DNA of 32,000 nucleotides from Opitutales bacterium (GTDB lineage Bacteria; Verrucomicrobiota; Verrucomicrobiia; Opitutales; PNEW01). The stretch spans positions 1,350,001 to 1,382,000 of the forward strand of contig CBDCNV010000002.1 of the NCBI GenBank assembly GCA_965219535.1, read 5' to 3'. The notes under the pieces are model-generated. The model was given only the letters and a program-made list of their open reading frames with translations. It did no database searches and had not been told where the DNA came from. The position numbers and the translations under genes were made by a program. This document shows, one piece after another, positions 27,489 to 32,000 of the stretch; positions within the stretch are counted from its first letter, which is position 1, and every line of letters starts with the position of its first letter.

Positions 27489-28274
27489 TTATTTCCCCGC
27501 TTTCGACTTTCGACCTTTGACCTTGGACAAATCTTCCCTACTGTTTACTGAATTCATCTCAGCCGGCGTGGCGAGATCGCGCGCTTTGCGTTTCCAACTA
27601 TATTTATCTTCCCCGGTAAGCAGTGCACGATGTTGGTCCGATAGGGTTTTTACAAAGTCGGGATCGGGATCGTAACCTTTCCAGGTCTGAAACATCGTCG
27701 GCGCGTACCCACCGAGAATGAGTAGCCGGTCCTGGTCGGATTTGATATTGCCTGCCGAATGGATGAGAGATTCGAAAAAAAGCAGGGTGGAGCCGGCAGG
27801 TGCCTCCACCTGTTGAATGAAGGACGGATCCTCCAGGGCCGCATTAATGATCACCTCGTCCGGAACATCGATTGGTATTTTGTGGGTACCTGGAATGACC
27901 GTGGTACCGCCATCGTCCGGGCCGAGATCGGTGAGATTAGTTAGGGCTTTGACAAAGGAGTAATGGTAGAGCCCATTGTCATTGTGATTGTAAGCTGAAT
28001 TTATAGTTCGGTGGAATCCCAAGGGGCGATTTTTATCTTCTACCGGACGTCGTATGTGAGCGTCAGACTGTTCAAGTCTTGCCCGGCCGCCGATAATTTC
28101 TTCGGCCATGCCTAAAATGAATGGGTGCGAAATATAGTCGAAGAAACAGGGCGCCAGATGTGGCAAGTTGTCGACGCGAAAGAACTCCTCGGTAGTGCTG
28201 ATGTTCCAGCCCTGATACCGGCCCAACGTGGGCACATTCGTTAGTGCATGGCGAAAGTCGTCTTCAATTACCAT
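27489..28274 (-). CDS. PhyH-family dioxygenase paralog, left copy (261 aa)
   Basis: The 310-aa track ORF runs across the palindrome centre. I prefer ATG 28274 (MVIEDDFRHALTNVPTLGRYQGWNISTTEEFF). IPGTHK and LIHSAG...DR motifs are present. The last 239 aa are identical to the right copy. Confidence 0.75.
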   Translation of the reverse strand: MVIEDDFRHALTNVPTLGRYQGWNISTTEEFFRVDNLPHLAPCFFDYISHPFILGMAEEIIGGRARLEQSDAHIRRPVEDKNRPLGFHRTINSAYNHNDNGLYHYSFVKALTNLTDLGPDDGGTTVIPGTHKIPIDVPDEVIINAALEDPSFIQQVEAPAGSTLLFFESLIHSAGNIKSDQDRLLILGGYAPTMFQTWKGYDPDPDFVKTLSDQHRALLTGEDKYSWKRKARDLATPAEMNSVNSREDLSKVKGRKSKAGK

Positions 28275-28347
28275 AAAGCGTGTCTTTGAGCGAGAGCGGT
28301 TTCGCTCTCGGTCAAAGACACGCTTTATGGTAATTGATGACGACTTT
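28254..28347. promoter_or_regulatory. 94-bp palindromic core (45-nt arms, 2 mismatches, GTTT loop) containing both PhyH start codons and the whole 52-bp divergent intergenic region
   Basis: The sequence is AAAGTCGTCTTCAATTACCATAAAGCGTGTCTTTGAGCGAGAGCG-GTTT-CGCTCTCGGTCAAAGACACGCTTTATGGTAATTGATGACGACTTT. Confidence 0.6.
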
Positions 28348-29100
28348 AGCCGCACTAACGAATTGCCCAGCCCGTATAGCTGGAACATCAGCACTACCGA
28401 GGAGTTCTTTCGCGTCGACAACTTGCCACATCTGGCGCCCTGTTTCTTCGACTATATTTCGCACCCATTCATTTTAGGCATGGCCGAAGAAATTATCGGC
28501 GGCCGGGCAAGACTTGAACAGTCTGACGCTCACATACGACGTCCGGTAGAAGATAAAAATCGCCCCTTGGGATTCCACCGAACTATAAATTCAGCTTACA
28601 ATCACAATGACAATGGGCTCTACCATTACTCCTTTGTCAAAGCCCTAACTAATCTCACCGATCTCGGCCCGGACGATGGCGGTACCACGGTCATTCCAGG
28701 TACCCACAAAATACCAATCGATGTTCCGGACGAGGTGATCATTAATGCGGCCCTGGAGGATCCGTCCTTCATTCAACAGGTGGAGGCACCTGCCGGCTCC
28801 ACCCTGCTTTTTTTCGAATCTCTCATCCATTCGGCAGGCAATATCAAATCCGACCAGGACCGGCTACTCATTCTCGGTGGGTACGCGCCGACGATGTTTC
28901 AGACCTGGAAAGGTTACGATCCCGATCCCGACTTTGTAAAAACCCTATCGGACCAACATCGTGCACTGCTTACCGGGGAAGATAAATATAGTTGGAAACG
29001 CAAAGCGCGCGATCTCGCCACGCCGGCTGAGATGAATTCAGTAAACAGTAGGGAAGATTTGTCCAAGGTCAAAGGTCGAAAGTCGAAAGCGGGGAAATAA
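28327..29100 (+). CDS. PhyH-family dioxygenase paralog, right copy (257 aa)
   Basis: I prefer ATG 28327 (MVIDDDFSRTNELPSPYSWNISTTEEFF). The remainder is identical to the left copy. Confidence 0.75.
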   Translation: MVIDDDFSRTNELPSPYSWNISTTEEFFRVDNLPHLAPCFFDYISHPFILGMAEEIIGGRARLEQSDAHIRRPVEDKNRPLGFHRTINSAYNHNDNGLYHYSFVKALTNLTDLGPDDGGTTVIPGTHKIPIDVPDEVIINAALEDPSFIQQVEAPAGSTLLFFESLIHSAGNIKSDQDRLLILGGYAPTMFQTWKGYDPDPDFVKTLSDQHRALLTGEDKYSWKRKARDLATPAEMNSVNSREDLSKVKGRKSKAGK

Positions 29101-29219
29101 AGAAAAGAGATTGCCACTACCGAGTCCCGAGTTTTCGGGACGACATCTACCAAGAGGCACAGAAAAAATTTATACGGAAAGAGGGAGTGGCCGATAAGAA
29201 ATCAGTAAACTCCGGTATA

Positions 29220-30583
29220 GGTTCAAGACATTCTTTACACAAAAGGTTCAGGACATCCTTTACAGATTGCCAAAGAAAGAAGGATGCTAAGTAAGGGGTA
29301 TGATGTCATGGAAGGAAACAAATAAAATGGACCAAAGATACCAATTCGCCCTGGAATCGATGCAACCGGGAGTAAAGATGAACGAGCTGTGTGAAGACTA
29401 CGGGATCAGCCGACCGACAGGGTATAAATGGAAGAAGCGCTTCCTGAGCGAAGGGATGGAGGGGTTGCACGAGCGCTCACGCCGACCGCATGGAAGTGTT
29501 CAGGAACTATCCGAATCAGTAGTATGTACGCTGATCAAACTCAAGCATCATCACCCGACGTGGGGCCCCTACAAGATCCGCGAGCTTTACCAGAGGCGTT
29601 ACGGGAAGGCCCCCTCAGACTCGAGCGTGAAACGGGTCTTGGAACGTGCGGGACTGGTGCAAAAGCGTCGGCGCAGAAGCGCTCAAAAAAGCGGACGCCT
29701 TTACCGCAGCGTCAAGGCCAGTGGCTGTAACGAAGTGTGGAGCGTAGACTTCAAAGGGTGGTGGCACACCGTTGATGGCAACCGTTGTGAACCTTTGACG
29801 GTACGGGATGAATGGAGCCGCTATGTATTAGAGGTGCGGGTGCTCAGTTCAGCCCGTAGCGAAGCGGTGCGTGAATGCTTCACAAAACTCTTTGAACGCT
29901 ATGGACTTCCCGCTTGCATCCGCAGCGACAACGGCAGTCCCTTTGCCAGTGCCAATGCGGTCCTGGGCCTGAGCAAACTGGCGGCCTGGTGGCTGGCCTT
30001 AGGGATCAATCTCGAGCGTGGACGTCCGGGTAAACCCCAGGATAACGGTGCCCATGAGCGTCTCCATCGCGATATCAAAGAGGAGTTGCAAAAACATGCC
30101 CAGGACGATCTTCGCACCCAACAGGTGGCCTTCGATCTGTGGCGCAAGACCTTCAATGAAGAACGCCCCCATGCGGCTCTTGCCATGAGCACGCCCTCTG
30201 AAATCTATCAGCACAGCTCTCATCCTTACGGTGGCACTCCTGCCGATATCAGCTATGATTTGATGACTCGCCGGGTCTCAAAAAGCGGGTCTATCAAACT
30301 CGATGGCTTCCAGATTCCTATCTCCACCGCCCTCGCCGGTTGGAGCGTTGGACTAAAACCACTAGACACGGTACACTTCGATGTTTACTTTGCCACTCTC
30401 AGAATCGGTCAGATTGACCTTTCAACGGCTGCTTTCATTGGGGCCGCTTGCGGCCCCAACAATGCCAGCCAAACCTCTAAAACCGCATAACATTAACTTA
30501 ACTATATAACCCGATTACCGTTCAGCATCCCTCACAAAGTGTAAACCATGTCTTGATCTAAATCTGTAAACCATGTCCTGGTT
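29220..30583 (+). mobile_element. IS481-family-like insertion sequence, copy B (mirror of copy A)
   Basis: Motifs lie at 29224-29240 and 29249-29265 on the 5' side. Their reverse complements lie at 30539-30555 and 30564-30580 on the 3' side. Confidence 0.7.
29300..30490 (+). CDS. DDE (rve) transposase, IS481-like, identical to 26099..27289
   Basis: The 396-aa translation in the ORF track is identical to that of copy A. Confidence 0.85.
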   Translation: MMSWKETNKMDQRYQFALESMQPGVKMNELCEDYGISRPTGYKWKKRFLSEGMEGLHERSRRPHGSVQELSESVVCTLIKLKHHHPTWGPYKIRELYQRRYGKAPSDSSVKRVLERAGLVQKRRRRSAQKSGRLYRSVKASGCNEVWSVDFKGWWHTVDGNRCEPLTVRDEWSRYVLEVRVLSSARSEAVRECFTKLFERYGLPACIRSDNGSPFASANAVLGLSKLAAWWLALGINLERGRPGKPQDNGAHERLHRDIKEELQKHAQDDLRTQQVAFDLWRKTFNEERPHAALAMSTPSEIYQHSSHPYGGTPADISYDLMTRRVSKSGSIKLDGFQIPISTALAGWSVGLKPLDTVHFDVYFATLRIGQIDLSTAAFIGAACGPNNASQTSKTA

Positions 30584-30696
30584 GTACCGTTTTAAGTCAA
30601 TTACCTAAAACCTAACACTTAACACCTAAAACGCGCGAAAGCGCTTCCCTCCTTCGACTTTCGACCTTCGACTTTTGACACGCGCTGATGCGCGCT

Positions 30697-31986
30697 TCAG
30701 CGCGCGCCCCCTTCCGTCCGAATCCTAGGATCGAGCCACATGAGGAGAAGATCGCTGACGAGGGTACCGAGGACACCGACGAGGCTGAGGACCATGAGCA
30801 TCGATCCGGCCAGGTACATATCCTGATTCATTAGAGCATCAAGCATCAGGGGGCCGACGGTGGGCAGACTCAGGACCATGGCGACGATTGCACCGCCGGA
30901 AATAAGTTGGGGAAACAGGGTGCCAATCGCTGAGATGAAGGGATTGAGTGCGATGCGCACAGGATATTTTAAAAGTACATGAATCGGTCGCACTCCTTTT
31001 GCCATCGCGGTTACGACATAGGGTTTTTTTAATTCATCGAGCAGGTTGCCGCGCATCACACGGATCATGCTCGCGGTGCCAGTGACCCCGAGAACAACGA
31101 CTGGGAGCCAGATGTGTTGCATGAGGTCTGCCGCTTTGCCCCAACTCCATTCGGGACGCCCGGCGTATTCGGGTGAATATAAGCCCGTCATGCTGATGCC
31201 GAAATAGAGATTACTCCAATACATAAGCAAGAGCGCGAGGAGAAAACTGGGGACGCACATCCCGATAAATCCGAGGAAGGTGAAGAAGTAATCACCAATC
31301 GAGTATTGTCGCACGGCAGAGTAGACACCAATCGGCAGGGCGATCGCCCAGGTAAAGAGTATGGACCCCAACGAAATTAAAAAAGTAAGCAGGATGCGGT
31401 CACCGACAACTTCGTTTACCGATGTTCGGCTCTCCATGGAAAACCCCAGGTGACCCTGGAGCAGACCACGTTCTACAGACTTAAAGGAGAGAAACCAGGG
31501 AAGACCAAGCCAATTGACGTACTGCCTGAAAGTGGATACATCGGTGGGATAGATTTCCCGCAATTGCTCGGCTTCAATTTTCGCTTGATCGTCACCAGTA
31601 TACTCTGCCTGTAAAATTTTTAAATCTATATAATTTGATGGAGGTAACTGAATGATGGTAAAAGAAATGATCGAGATAAGAAGTAAAGTAGGCACCATAA
31701 TAATGAGACGTCTGCCTATATAGGGGTGTTTAAATCCCATGAGAATCAGTCCCACCGCGATGATACCTAATATAATGTGAAGGACAACCCGACCGAAAGA
31801 GTCATTCCCTTTTGTTTCAAAGGTGACTGCATCAAGTGTGTGGGACGGGGGTGTAATCTCGGTCATTTCCCTTTTTATTTGTGCGATAACCCCCGGTGAA
31901 TCGTCCGGTTCCTCGAAATAGTAAGCTTCAAGTCCACCACTGGCAATGCTCTCATAGGCACCCCCGTAAAGCGCGTTACGGGGCAC
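30697..31986 (-). CDS. ABC transporter permease (DppB/OppB-type, binding-protein-dependent inner-membrane component)
   Basis: Multiple TM segments are present, along with the block YIGRRLIIMVPTLLLISIISFTIIQLPP and the EAA-loop region LDELKKPYVVTAMAKGV. The start is uncertain: the frame is still open at the window edge, and an internal start near MGFKHPYIGRR is also plausible. Confidence 0.7.
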   Translation of the reverse strand: MPRNALYGGAYESIASGGLEAYYFEEPDDSPGVIAQIKREMTEITPPSHTLDAVTFETKGNDSFGRVVLHIILGIIAVGLILMGFKHPYIGRRLIIMVPTLLLISIISFTIIQLPPSNYIDLKILQAEYTGDDQAKIEAEQLREIYPTDVSTFRQYVNWLGLPWFLSFKSVERGLLQGHLGFSMESRTSVNEVVGDRILLTFLISLGSILFTWAIALPIGVYSAVRQYSIGDYFFTFLGFIGMCVPSFLLALLLMYWSNLYFGISMTGLYSPEYAGRPEWSWGKAADLMQHIWLPVVVLGVTGTASMIRVMRGNLLDELKKPYVVTAMAKGVRPIHVLLKYPVRIALNPFISAIGTLFPQLISGGAIVAMVLSLPTVGPLMLDALMNQDMYLAGSMLMVLSLVGVLGTLVSDLLLMWLDPRIRTEGGAR

Positions 31987-32000
31987 GCTCTTAAATCCCT

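Larger units (their letters stand above)
25960..30629. repeat. 4.67-kb near-perfect palindrome (inverted duplication)
   Basis: The arms 25960-28210 and 28379-30629 are reverse complements (x pairs with 56589-x). The ORF-track proteins in the arms are identical, and every nucleotide stretch I checked by eye matched. The centre is at about 28300. Confidence 0.9.

Noticed and set aside
28228-28421. Long versions of the two PhyH ORFs (310 and 290 aa) that overlap each other across the palindrome centre.
   Set aside because: The extensions are mirror-image read-through of the opposite gene's 5' end and of the palindromic core. The conserved MVI(E/D)DDF starts are symmetric and give non-overlapping genes.
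29124-29141. Hairpin GTCCCGAGTTTTCGGGAC 24 nt after the PhyH stop (mirror at 27448-27465), as a possible intrinsic terminator.
   Set aside because: The stem is only 7 bp and no U-tract follows it. That is not enough to call a terminator.
25960-30629. Reading the mirrored IS pair as a simple composite transposon carrying cargo.
   Set aside because: The cargo is itself a mirror image, and the identity extends about 45 bp beyond the outer IS ends. An inverted duplication of one [PhyH-IS-flank] unit explains the structure better. Mobilisation by the two IS copies is not excluded.

Overview
Bacterial chromosomal window, about 50% GC, with 23 supported protein-coding genes plus two copies of one IS. 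The gene content suggests a PVC-type marine heterotroph, but that is a low-confidence guess.

Genes, left to right:
- A PQQ dehydrogenase with a partial di-haem cytochrome c.
- A four-helix-bundle (23S-IVS family) gene inside a ~105-bp tandem array.
- A GNAT acetyltransferase, a GH95-like fucosidase and a DEAD-box helicase.
- Two Gfo/Idh/MocA oxidoreductases, an HpcH-type aldolase, an IorAB-type molybdo-oxidoreductase and an enolase-superfamily dehydratase.
- A ThrC-like PLP enzyme, a P450 and an LLM flavin monooxygenase.
- A PHP/DUF3604-like protein, a hypothetical protein and a YtoQ protein.
- Three PhyH-type dioxygenases, two mirrored IS481-like elements and an ABC permease.

I found no rRNA, tRNA or CRISPR.

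The most interesting signals are non-genic:
1. A 4.67-kb near-perfect palindrome (25960-30629) mirrors [IS | PhyH] onto [PhyH | IS]. It has a 94-bp palindromic core containing both start codons. A 43/31-nt patch recodes the two N-termini with compensating frameshifts.
2. Two (GGGTTCA)n arrays with conserved flanks form a direct repeat around one gene.
3. A modular vocabulary of stuttered short words fills almost every intergenic region. It includes tandem CTTTTGAC copies placed 7-16 nt upstream of six start codons, in sense orientation.
4. A 25-27-nt inverted-repeat element sits in divergent promoter regions.

All functional calls rest on motif recognition by eye. No database search was run.
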